Shown here: in pieces, positions 1-9,074 of the stretch
Position numbering within the stretch: the first letter of the stretch is position 1
How the letters are laid out: every line of letters begins with the position of its first letter
Assembly: GCA_965223425.1 (NCBI GenBank)
Contig: OZ245003.1
Location: 1,888,001 to 1,952,000 of the forward strand
Direction of reading: 5' to 3'
DNA: 64,000 nucleotides
Source: Nitrosopumilus sp.
GTDB lineage: Archaea > Thermoproteota > Nitrososphaeria > Nitrososphaerales > Nitrosopumilaceae
Made by a program: the position numbers and the translations under genes
Notes under the pieces: generated by a model
The model's input: the letters and a program-made list of their open reading frames with translations, nothing else
Database searches by the model: none
Told to the model about the DNA's origin: nothing

Positions 1-103
1 TCGTCTTCAAGCCGGTCATCATGCCAAGGTGTGATGTTAGCCATATTTGCTCTGACGTCAGTGCAGTGAAAGATTCGTCTTCAAGCCGGTCATCATGCCA
101 AGG
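1..103. repeat. 29-bp direct repeat, 74-bp period
   Basis: tcgtcttcaagccggtcatcatgccaagg at 1-29 and 75-103; the first copy is cut by the window edge. Confidence 0.85.
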
Positions 104-486
104 GGTAGCCCACGAAAGAGTTCAGGCAGTATTGCCGATAGATACATCGTCTTTGCGACAAACCGCATGCTGCAAAATGACGCAGCTGTGATTCAAAGTT
201 CCGGAGGAGTACAGGCAGAGGTGGGGAATTGAGACGGGGTACAGGTGTGCAAAGGGCGTCAGGCCGCGCACCACTACACCGTGTGTCAGTCCGCATGTTT
301 CTGTTCTTCTGGCGTCTTCTTTTGTACAACACATGGATCCTTGCAAGAGTCGGATCAGGTTCTGCCGTCCGGCTTGTCACGATTATGTCCGTGATGATCT
401 CCGAGGCATTCTGGACTGATCGGATGTTTCACAGGAGGCCTCTGGATCTTGGATGAGGCAGGCCGGGAGCACAATCGGAACTACTG
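1..486 (+). pseudogene. ISH3/IS4-like DDE transposase C-terminal remnant with right end
   Basis: Frameshifted + strand fragments read YIVFATN...VPEEYRQRWGIETGYR...VRMFLFFWRLLLYNTW, similar to the transposase at 24379-25266; ends in ...GAACTACTG like the other ISH3-type ends here. Confidence 0.75.
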
Positions 487-625
487 GGGAATGCCAACGG
501 AATTCCAAATCCATCATTTTTTCGTAACCTGGCAATCCTTTCAGACCCATAACAGATGAGTAATCATCCTGACAGGCAGACGGGTGTGGGAAAGGCAAAA
601 ATGCTTGCGGCATTTATGAAAAAAT

Positions 626-1078
626 ATGCAAGAAAAAGACACGACAATCAAAATAAGAACCAGTCTGATTCGACGACAGCAAGTCATCTTTGTTGCAATG
701 ATGGCAGTCGGGGCATTCCTGATTACCATGAGCCAGCTAGTGGACCAAAGACTCCTAAGCGAGGGCATAGCCTTTTTTACCATTGGATTCGTAGGAATAC
801 TAATGTCTTGGACTACAATGGATATCGGAGCTGGCATCAAGGAGGCAATCCATGAGGTCGGCCAGCAAAATCAAAGGGCAATTGCCGAAAACAATCAAAG
901 ATTTGATAAGACTCTAAACCGCATTGCCGAATCCCAAAAAGATATTGCCGAATCCCAAAAAGATATTGCCGAATCCCAAAAAGATATTGCCAAGGTGTTA
1001 GACAATGTCACAAAATCTCAGGAACGCATGCACAAATCCCAAGACGACATCAAAGACACGATAAAAAACAAAGACTAG
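626..1078 (+). CDS. Small membrane protein (2 TM) with C-terminal coiled coil containing 21-bp tandem repeats
   Basis: 150-aa ORF with two hydrophobic stretches, then IAESQKD x3 (attgccgaatcccaaaaagat repeats, ~923-990). Confidence 0.75.
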   Translation: MQEKDTTIKIRTSLIRRQQVIFVAMMAVGAFLITMSQLVDQRLLSEGIAFFTIGFVGILMSWTTMDIGAGIKEAIHEVGQQNQRAIAENNQRFDKTLNRIAESQKDIAESQKDIAESQKDIAKVLDNVTKSQERMHKSQDDIKDTIKNKD

Positions 1079-1179
1079 GTTCTTCAAACATCCAAACATT
1101 TTTTCGTGACTGGGTCATAGTCCAAACCTGTTTTACCTCCAGCGCCAGCTGTGGGCCGACCCAGCAGACGGGTGTGGGA

Positions 1180-1488
1180 TGATAAATTCTCATGCGGGAA
1201 TAAACGTCAATATGAAAAACGATGTTTTCAGAGTAGCACTACGTCTGTTCTGGCATGACGGATACTGCAATACTTGACGGAATGAGGGTCTACTATAATT
1301 TCACAAAAAAACACTCTGCACTTGGAGGCAGGACATCAGCTCAAGCCTCACTCATGGAGGCTGACGGCTCTAACAAGTGGAAAACCATAATCCAAAACGC
1401 CTCACCAAGCAAGGATTCTCAATAGGCATGAAATTCAACCTGGAAAAAATTCACATTTCAATCTATGAACCAAAGACTAGACAGATCC
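1180..1488 (+). pseudogene. IS6-family-like transposase C-terminal remnant
   Basis: Frame from 1261 reads DTAILDGMRVYYNFTKKHSALGGRTSAQASLMEADGSNKWKTIIQNAS, resembling the archaeal DDE/IS6 C-terminus; possible right end ...ACAGATCC at 1481-1488. Confidence 0.65.
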
Positions 1489-1512
1489 TGTCAAGAATCA
1501 AAATTTGAAAAT

Positions 1513-1881
1513 TTAGATGTAATGCATTCGCATATGGATGTTGAGCTCAGTTTCATATTGTGTTACAAAACCACAATGAGCACATGAAAACATTTCAGAT
1601 TGAGGCTCACTGTCTTTTTCTACAGTTCTTCCAGAAATAGACGTTATACTTATCACATCATGACTGGAAATTACAGCAAAATTAGAGCTCTCACCAATTG
1701 AATCCAAATATTCTTTGATTGCAGAAATAACTGCATTAGCATCAATAGTTTCATCATCATCAAAAGTAGATAGAGTGAATTGGTGGTTTTTTAGAGTAGG
1801 TATGGCCTCAACCTTGTCAGAAACATAAACCAGTAAATCATTTTTGATCGATAAAACATCCTTACAGTCAACTATCAGCAT
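1513..1881 (-). CDS. Conserved hypothetical protein with C-terminal C2H2 zinc finger
   Basis: 122-aa ORF ending CAHCGF...HMRMH. Confidence 0.8.
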   Translation of the reverse strand: MLIVDCKDVLSIKNDLLVYVSDKVEAIPTLKNHQFTLSTFDDDETIDANAVISAIKEYLDSIGESSNFAVISSHDVISITSISGRTVEKDSEPQSEMFSCAHCGFVTQYETELNIHMRMHYI

Positions 1882-1964
1882 AAACTTTCAAAGTCAAATC
1901 CATATTTTAGTTTAACACGAACATGAAAATGATTATTATGGTTTGATGTGATAAATTTTTGTAG

Positions 1965-2351
1965 ATGGCAATCTCAGAAACATTTGGCATTGAAAAAGGG
2001 CATGGAGGAGAAGTTTTGACATGGCTAAATGAACAGGTAAAATCTCAAGGTACAAAGCTTGAGGCAAGACTGTATGGTTACGATGTATCTACGAAAAATT
2101 TTGGGGATTTTGAAATGTTTTCATGGATGGGGGATGTACAAATTGCACGAAAATTGATCATAAGGGCAAGTAAGAGATTCAAGGTAAAAGTTATCGAAGG
2201 GGGATACAAGCCAAAAGAAAAAGTGTTTAGAATGAAAAAATTTGATTATGCAAAAGTCAAAAAAGGTGACAAAACGATAGGGCAGCTAGAGTTTGTAGTA
2301 TCAAGATTTGGGAACAAACAGTGGGAAATTCAAAATGAAGAACGTCATTAA
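1965..2351 (+). CDS. Conserved hypothetical protein
   Basis: 128-aa ORF with core-like composition, first gene of a + strand run. Confidence 0.75.
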   Translation: MAISETFGIEKGHGGEVLTWLNEQVKSQGTKLEARLYGYDVSTKNFGDFEMFSWMGDVQIARKLIIRASKRFKVKVIEGGYKPKEKVFRMKKFDYAKVKKGDKTIGQLEFVVSRFGNKQWEIQNEERH

Positions 2352-2378
2352 ATATACGGCTTTATGGAATAAAAAACG

Positions 2379-3275
2379 ATGAAAAAAATAGGAATTATTG
2401 GGCTTGGGATGTTGGGAAATGCAGTAGCATTACACTTGCTTGATTTAGGTTTTGAAGTAACAGTTTACAATAGAACTGAAGAAAAAACAGCACAGGCCAA
2501 AGAAAAGGGAGCAATGGTTGCAACATCTCCAAAAGAAGTTGCAGAAAATTCAGAGTTAGTCATCACAGTAGTAAAAGATGCAGATGCTGTAAAAAAAGTA
2601 TCATTTGAAAAAAATGGAATCATAGAAGGAAAAAATGAAAGGCCAATTGTTGCAGACATGAGTACCATAGATCCATCAGAATCTAAAAACATCTCAAAGA
2701 AATTTCAAGAGCATGGGATTCAGAAGTTAGATATTCCGGTAATGGGGGGGCCAAATGTCGCCATAACAGGAGATTTGGTCATGATGGCATCAGGAGATAA
2801 AGAAAGTTTTGAGCATTGCAGAAATATTTTTGAAAAGACTGCAAACAAAGTGTTTTTCCTGGGAGAGTCAGGGACGGCTCATTCAGTCAAATTAGCCATG
2901 AATTTACAGATAACCATGCTTGCACTGGCGCTATCTGAAGGAATTACTCTTGTTAAAAAAGCAGATGTGGATCCAAAAATATTTCTTGAAATTTTAAACT
3001 CTACGTATTTTAAAACTGGAATGAGCGAAAAGAAAGCATACAAAATGATTGAAGGAAAATATGACACAACATTCACACTTGCCAATCTAAAAAAAGACAT
3101 TAGCACAATGATACGCGCCTCAGAATCCATGGGAATAGAACTGCCAATGACTAAAAAAGCCGAAGAGATCTACGAAAATGCAGTCAGGGAGGGATTTGGG
3201 GAGACAGATTATACTGGAATTATTGAATACATTAAAAAAATCAACAAAGGCAGACAAAACCGGATTTGTAAGTAG
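2379..3275 (+). CDS. NAD(P)-dependent beta-hydroxyacid dehydrogenase (3-hydroxyisobutyrate/6PGD family)
   Basis: IGIIGLGMLG Rossmann motif, DMST, DIPVMGG, catalytic KLAMN. Confidence 0.9.
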   Translation: MKKIGIIGLGMLGNAVALHLLDLGFEVTVYNRTEEKTAQAKEKGAMVATSPKEVAENSELVITVVKDADAVKKVSFEKNGIIEGKNERPIVADMSTIDPSESKNISKKFQEHGIQKLDIPVMGGPNVAITGDLVMMASGDKESFEHCRNIFEKTANKVFFLGESGTAHSVKLAMNLQITMLALALSEGITLVKKADVDPKIFLEILNSTYFKTGMSEKKAYKMIEGKYDTTFTLANLKKDISTMIRASESMGIELPMTKKAEEIYENAVREGFGETDYTGIIEYIKKINKGRQNRICK

Positions 3276-3318
3276 GATGCGGCAAAAATTCTATAAGTTA
3301 CGGCAATAATACGACTAT

Positions 3319-4080
3319 ATGCGATTAAACGGCAAAGTTGCAATTGTTACTGGGGCATCAAGTGACATTGGTAAGGGAATTGTAAAGAGATTCGTAGAAG
3401 AAGGAGCCAAGGTGATCCTAATTGCAAGAAATCTAGAGGGATTGGAAAAGACACGAAAAGAGATAAGAGATGAGGATTCAACAGCATCACTAACATGTGA
3501 CTTGACTGATGAATCACAGGCATTGCAAGTTGTAAATCAAATCATGGATACGTATGGAAAAATCGACATTTTGGTTAACAATGCAGGGGCAATCAATGAT
3601 CCTGTACATTTTCATGAAATGAAAGACGCAGAAATTAAAAATCTTATCGACGTTAACTTGTTAGGTGTTTTTCATATGACAAAAGCTGTGCTTTCAAAAA
3701 TGTCAGATGTTAAAAGCGGCACAATTGTAAACATTGGCTCTATTTCCAGTGAAAGAGCAATTCCAAGAGTTCACTTGGCAGTGTATTCGGCTACAAAAGC
3801 AGCGATTTCGATGTTTACAAAATCAATTGCAGTAGAATATGCAAGAAGAGATATCAGGTGCAACTGTGTCAATCCAGGAATTATCAATTCAGGCATGATA
3901 AAGCCATATCTTGATGATCCCCAAGCAAGAAAGGTTCTAGAAGAAAGATTGCCCCTAGCAAGAGTCGGTGAGCCTGTAGATGTCGCAAATGCCGCACTCT
4001 ATTTAGCATCTGACGAGTCAAACTGGGTCACGGGAACCATTCTAAATGTTGATGGCGGTAAAACAGCTTCAGAAGGATGA
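3319..4080 (+). CDS. Short-chain dehydrogenase/reductase (FabG-like)
   Basis: [17 protein letters not shown] catalytic motif, VDGG. Confidence 0.92.
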   Translation: MRLNGKVAIVTGASSDIGKGIVKRFVEEGAKVILIARNLEGLEKTRKEIRDEDSTASLTCDLTDESQALQVVNQIMDTYGKIDILVNNAGAINDPVHFHEMKDAEIKNLIDVNLLGVFHMTKAVLSKMSDVKSGTIVNIGSISSERAIPRVHLAVYSATKAAISMFTKSIAVEYARRDIRCNCVNPGIINSGMIKPYLDDPQARKVLEERLPLARVGEPVDVANAALYLASDESNWVTGTILNVDGGKTASEG

Positions 4081-4674
4081 TTGATTCTGCAAAAATGTTT
4101 TTGCAAGTAACTGGGATACCCGTATGGGCTCTGGAACAGAGCCATGCAGTGTTAGTTCATCTAAAAGATGTTTGACATCGCTTAAAGTACAGCCTTCTTT
4201 TCTAACAAAGATATCGTGTGACGTGCCTAGAGTAATTTTTTCCCGTTTTCCTAGTTTTTGATATTCAGTAATTTTTGACTTGAACGAAGTTGGAAAATGT
4301 TTCTTAATCGCTCCTTCAATTCCTGTCGAGTCACGATAAGAGATCCCAATGATTGGAATTTTTAGAGAGTCGTACAATTTTTTTATGCTTATGATATTGT
4401 ACATGGACACGATTAGCCCAGAAATTAAAACATAGCTGATATCAGGCCTCTGAAGATCATCATACATTTCTAAGATGGTGTCAGTAGCATCATCCCCCTC
4501 TAGTGTTGCGCCTCCAAATACAAAACCATCAATTACAAAATCTCGACGCATGACAATTCCCGCGAAAACGGATTTTTGAGAACGTTGTTTAAAACTTTCA
4601 GCAACTGCCAATCCGCGTAAACCTTTTTTTTCAAGATGAAGAGATCTCACGGTTCTTTCTCCTCGCATATGCAC
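4069..4674 (-). CDS. DUF99 family protein (endonuclease V/dU-like)
   Basis: GLAVAESF...EGDDATD...LISG...PEPIRVSQLLA pattern of archaeal DUF99. Confidence 0.8.
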   Translation of the reverse strand: MHMRGERTVRSLHLEKKGLRGLAVAESFKQRSQKSVFAGIVMRRDFVIDGFVFGGATLEGDDATDTILEMYDDLQRPDISYVLISGLIVSMYNIISIKKLYDSLKIPIIGISYRDSTGIEGAIKKHFPTSFKSKITEYQKLGKREKITLGTSHDIFVRKEGCTLSDVKHLLDELTLHGSVPEPIRVSQLLAKTFLQNQSSF

Positions 4675-4823
4675 GATAGCTTAGTCCAGTAATTATCATG
4701 ATAATTCCGGTAACTGCAGACCACATTACAAATGGCAAGATTACAGATTCATCCACAAACGATAGTGAATTTCTAAACATCTAAAGTTTCGGTTCAAGGC
4801 ACATAATTTCCAAGAGGAGTTCT

Positions 4824-4964
4824 GGTTCTGTGAAGTTGTCGGTACATGACAAAATACGGATCTTCTCTGGATTGGAATAACAAATGGAAGACTTTGATTC
4901 AAAACGCCTCATTGAGCCAATACCAGTAGTGATTTTGGTCATGTACCGATAACTTCACAGAACC
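4824..4964. mobile_element. IS6-derived MITE (141 bp)
   Basis: 27-bp IRs ggttctgtgaagttgtcggtacatgac (4824-4850) / gtcatgtaccgataacttcacagaacc (4938-4964), 1 mismatch; GGTTCTGT terminus typical of IS6; interior encodes NKWKTLIQNAS, matching the 1261-1425 remnant. Confidence 0.85.
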
Positions 4965-5007
4965 ATCAATAGGATCACTTTAATAAGTTAGATTTCGAGA
5001 TCCCTCG

Positions 5008-5934
5008 ATGAATGGAAAACCCGTTTTGGTATTGTCGCTGTCTGTCGTATTTGTGTTGGGTGCCTACCTTGCCCCCCTGTCACACTCTGACTATCCCCCT
5101 CCATTAAAACAAATCAAAAACGGCGTAGAGTCAGAGGACATACAGTGCAACTCTGATCGCGTTCACGTGGTCCGTCCAAACGGGGATCATGCGTGTGTGA
5201 CCGAAAAAACCGCACAAAAAACCAGCTGGAGAGTCGTCCAAAAAACATCGGATGCTGATCCTGTGGAACCAAAGATGATAGAGCTCAACGTTGCATCACC
5301 TGTAGAATTTGTTGACGATGGAAGGGAGGTCAAAAGATCCGTGCTGCAAAGGTCGCCGGCCCCCTGGCCCATGTATGAGAGAATCATGGACAGCCAGATA
5401 ACCCCTGATGATGTCGGATCTGACGGTCTTGCAAGGGTTTCCAGTACTCCGCATGAGAAATACTCTGTGAATCCCGGGGTTGGATTCTATATTGGGGACT
5501 GGTTTCCAACACACATTCTAGACGGATACAAGCTGTTGTATGCTGAAACTGAATGTCACCCATCAGGTAATTGTGGTTTAACAATACAGTACGTTCCAAC
5601 CACTTTTGTGTTGCATCAAAACGTAACAAATTATGACTTGGATGTTTCAAAAGGATTTATGGTTGGTGTAAAATATAGTGTTGAACCATTAGATGAAATC
5701 GAAGATGCGATTGAAGAAGGTAAGGAAATTGACGAGTCACAACATGGTAATTATGGAAGAGGTTTTGTTAACATGACACGTGACGGAAAAACAGTTTATG
5801 CTTTTGAAGGAGGAAATTCATTGAATCATTATAGAGCTATTTTGTCTTATCAGATAAACGATCATGTCAATTTTCATGTAATATCCAACTATCACACACT
5901 TGATGAACTACTTCCGGTCTTTAACAGCATATGA
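5008..5934 (+). CDS. Exported protein with thaumarchaeal PPLKQ...C...C domain
   Basis: Signal peptide, then YPPPLKQIKNGV..IQC....HACVTEKTA; stop overlaps next gene (ATGA). Confidence 0.8.
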   Translation: MNGKPVLVLSLSVVFVLGAYLAPLSHSDYPPPLKQIKNGVESEDIQCNSDRVHVVRPNGDHACVTEKTAQKTSWRVVQKTSDADPVEPKMIELNVASPVEFVDDGREVKRSVLQRSPAPWPMYERIMDSQITPDDVGSDGLARVSSTPHEKYSVNPGVGFYIGDWFPTHILDGYKLLYAETECHPSGNCGLTIQYVPTTFVLHQNVTNYDLDVSKGFMVGVKYSVEPLDEIEDAIEEGKEIDESQHGNYGRGFVNMTRDGKTVYAFEGGNSLNHYRAILSYQINDHVNFHVISNYHTLDELLPVFNSI

Positions 5935-8654
5935 AATTGACCAAATTTCTCATCTTATTTTCTGTTGTATTTGCATTAGGTGTTGTTGCATATGATCAAG
6001 AAGCATTTGGAATTTTAGGCTGTGACAATCCTCACTGCTATGCGTTACAACAGACAAGCCGTTCCACTTCAATTCAAGGTATTGAATATGAATTGGATTC
6101 TCCTGACTTGTGGGTTGACAGAACGGCTTGTGCAAACATTGCAGTATCTACTGGATGGTTAGTTGCAAATACATTAAGTGGTAATAGTGGACATGAGTGG
6201 GTCGAATCAGGTGTTACAAAGGGTCATATTGAAAATGTAGGCTGTGTGACATTACTAAGCACATATTATGCTTTTAATAACCTTGACAGTCAAGATAGGC
6301 CAACATATCAAGAATACCTAGTCCCAAACGGCCGTGTTGATCCTGGAGATGATATCACAGTAAAGATACAAAAACATGGAGCAAACCAAGTCCAGGTGTA
6401 TGTTACCACCCCTGACAGGACAAGCTCGTTTCCGGTTGCTCAGATCAATTTAGATTCTAGAAACGTATACTATGGAGATTATGGAATAGAAGGCACAATC
6501 TCTGCCACAGATGAATACTCTTCAATTCCAATGAGCAAGTTTACAAACATGAAGATAAAACAAGGCACTACTTGGAGCAATCTTCCAGCCTCTGCAACTG
6601 TCTACGAACCAGATACTGACGAAGGATATCTCGGCCAAGAGTGTACAGGTAATGCATTTGTTGCTGGAAGTGTTACATCACTTGACTGTGACGTTGTTGC
6701 TACAAGAAACCAGATCCCAACTGTAAGCACTCAGGTAGTCAATGTAAACACGAACGCACCTAAAACAATCGGCCTAGATGCGATAGATACTGACAATGAC
6801 TATCTGACATACAATCTTGTAGAGCTGCCGACAAATGGATTCCTAGACCATAACAACAAAGCTCAAAAGATCCCAAACACCGATGGTGATTCGGCTTCAC
6901 TTGTTTACACCCCTGCAAATACAACTCCTGAATCCGATACAATACGATACTCTGTTACAGACAAGAGAATCGGCCACACAAGAGAGGGACTGATATCAAT
7001 AATAGGACCAACACCGGCTGACACGGTACCTGATGCGGTAGATGACTTTTCTCACACATTGGATGGAAATGTCATTACATTTACCTGGGGGATTCCAGAT
7101 GACGGGGGCTCTGAAATTACTTCGTTCAGAATGGAAAGGTCAGCAGATACCGAAAGCTGGATGCAGCATAATACGGTTTCTGAAACCACTACAAGCCTAA
7201 ACTATACCCGACAGCCGGGATACGACCAATACTTTAGAATATTTGCCAAAAATGCAATAGGATACTCTGCTGCCTCAAATCTGGTACATGTACATATCAA
7301 CGACAATACCCCGCCAACCATAAACATCAACTCCCCGACAAACGGATCCATCATAACCCAGCCCAGCATTCCAGTCTCCGGATCCGTCTCAGAGTTTGAC
7401 AACTCCGGAATAGAATATGTGCTCATCTATGTTGACGGGACCATCGTCTCCGATCCAATCTCTACTCCCTTTGTTTCGTCTACAACCACAAGATTCGAGT
7501 CCAGCATAACGGGGTTAGACAATGGAAACCATACCATTACAGTAAAATCGGCAAATGGGGACGGAGCCACTGCAAGCAAGAGCGTCGACATCACGCTTGC
7601 AGTGCCCGCTTCAACCACTCTTGATTCATTTGCTGAGGACTTTGAGGGGGAGGAGATGTCAAACTGGATTTTAACCACGGAGGACGATGAGTTTTGGTCC
7701 ATCAGGGCCAGCCCCATCGAACCTGTCCCCAACTCCAAGGCAGGAAACAAGGTGGGAGGGACAGAAGACTGTGACGATGTCTGCTCCATGATAATGATAG
7801 ACAGGGTGGACTTGACAGGAATGTCGGAGCCGACCCTCAGCTTTTACAGGTTTGTTGCAACGGGAGCTGATGTTTCAAACAACGAGGGAATCTACGTCTA
7901 TACTTCGGAAGACGATGGCGACACGTGGATCCTGCTGGACAGCTTTACTGCCAATGAATCAAAAGACGACGGAATCTGGCACTTGGAGGAATACAGCCTT
8001 GTAAATTCATCGTCATCTGATTTTAAAGTAAAATTTGACGCGCGTTCCAGCTCAAACAGCGAAGACACGGAACTTGACGATGTCCTGATTTATGATGCTG
8101 CCGCGGCCGTGGACACTACTGCTCCTGTTCTTACAGTTCCCGATGACAGAATATTCGAGGCAACCGGCACCGAGACGCCGTTAAACAACACCCAGATTGG
8201 CGTGGCGACGGCCACCGATGACACTGATCCCGCCCCGGTTGTTTCAAACAACTCCACGGGGCTGTTCGTACTGGGGGACACCGCAATTTTGTGGACTGCA
8301 ACGGATGATGCCGGCAACACTGCCAATGCAACTCAGACAATCACCATACGGGACACCACTCCCCCAGCGGTATCTGTGCAGGATGACATTGCCATGTATT
8401 TTGAACCGGGTGCCGCATACGTGGTAAACTTTGACGTGCCTGCGGCCACAGATACCGTAGACGGCGATGTAGCCGTCGCCTGTGACTATCCGCAGAACTT
8501 TGCGTTTGCCTTGGGCACTACGACCGTAACCTGTACTGCGACTGATGGTGCCGGTAACACTGCCACTACCAGCTTTGATGTAACCGTAGGCAGTTCATCT
8601 TTTGTTGGTACTCGCATCACCCCACCGCCACAATATCCGCCTACCCTACCTTAA
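5931..8654 (+). CDS. Secreted multidomain protein (N-terminal neprosin/G-peptidase-like?, Ig/cadherin-like, FN3, two HYR-like domains)
   Basis: Signal peptide; WGIPDDGGSEITSF FN3 motif; DTTAPVLTVPDD / DTTPPAVSV...FALGTTTVTCTATDGAGN HYR motifs. Confidence 0.8.
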   Translation: MKLTKFLILFSVVFALGVVAYDQEAFGILGCDNPHCYALQQTSRSTSIQGIEYELDSPDLWVDRTACANIAVSTGWLVANTLSGNSGHEWVESGVTKGHIENVGCVTLLSTYYAFNNLDSQDRPTYQEYLVPNGRVDPGDDITVKIQKHGANQVQVYVTTPDRTSSFPVAQINLDSRNVYYGDYGIEGTISATDEYSSIPMSKFTNMKIKQGTTWSNLPASATVYEPDTDEGYLGQECTGNAFVAGSVTSLDCDVVATRNQIPTVSTQVVNVNTNAPKTIGLDAIDTDNDYLTYNLVELPTNGFLDHNNKAQKIPNTDGDSASLVYTPANTTPESDTIRYSVTDKRIGHTREGLISIIGPTPADTVPDAVDDFSHTLDGNVITFTWGIPDDGGSEITSFRMERSADTESWMQHNTVSETTTSLNYTRQPGYDQYFRIFAKNAIGYSAASNLVHVHINDNTPPTININSPTNGSIITQPSIPVSGSVSEFDNSGIEYVLIYVDGTIVSDPISTPFVSSTTTRFESSITGLDNGNHTITVKSANGDGATASKSVDITLAVPASTTLDSFAEDFEGEEMSNWILTTEDDEFWSIRASPIEPVPNSKAGNKVGGTEDCDDVCSMIMIDRVDLTGMSEPTLSFYRFVATGADVSNNEGIYVYTSEDDGDTWILLDSFTANESKDDGIWHLEEYSLVNSSSSDFKVKFDARSSSNSEDTELDDVLIYDAAAAVDTTAPVLTVPDDRIFEATGTETPLNNTQIGVATATDDTDPAPVVSNNSTGLFVLGDTAILWTATDDAGNTANATQTITIRDTTPPAVSVQDDIAMYFEPGAAYVVNFDVPAATDTVDGDVAVACDYPQNFAFALGTTTVTCTATDGAGNTATTSFDVTVGSSSFVGTRITPPPQYPPTLP

Positions 8655-8748
8655 GAAGCACACGATCTCAGATCCTGCCGGCCTTGCAAAGGACGCGTCG
8701 GATTTCGTCTCTGCCAACTCGGTGGCCGGCAGGCCAAAAGGTCCTGTA

Positions 8749-8840
8749 CGTAGTGTCTTCATCAAATAATCGAACACAAATTTGCGATACTCTACCTGTT
8801 TTGACACGAAGATGATTGGTTTTCAAGTAAAGACACTACG
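8749..8840. mobile_element. IS630-derived MITE (92 bp), 3-bp TSD GTA
   Basis: gta|cgtagtgtctt...aagacactacg|gta; same termini and TSD as the IS630 at 26576-27718. Confidence 0.8.
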
Positions 8841-9074
8841 GTAGTGTCGGGGAATAGGCACGCCGTACCGGCGGAGGACGAGGCGTTCCGGGGGATCCCA
8901 CACGGACCGGGATGCGGACGGGGGAGGTGCCTCAAGCGCGCAAGACCGAAAAATGTCTACGACGGCCCCGTAGGAACGGAGGAATCGGTACGGATGACGG
9001 TTCGCAGAAAGGAGGCCGCGCCGGTCAAAGCGGCCGACTATCTAACGCGTTGACTGCAGTTCCCCTTAACCACC

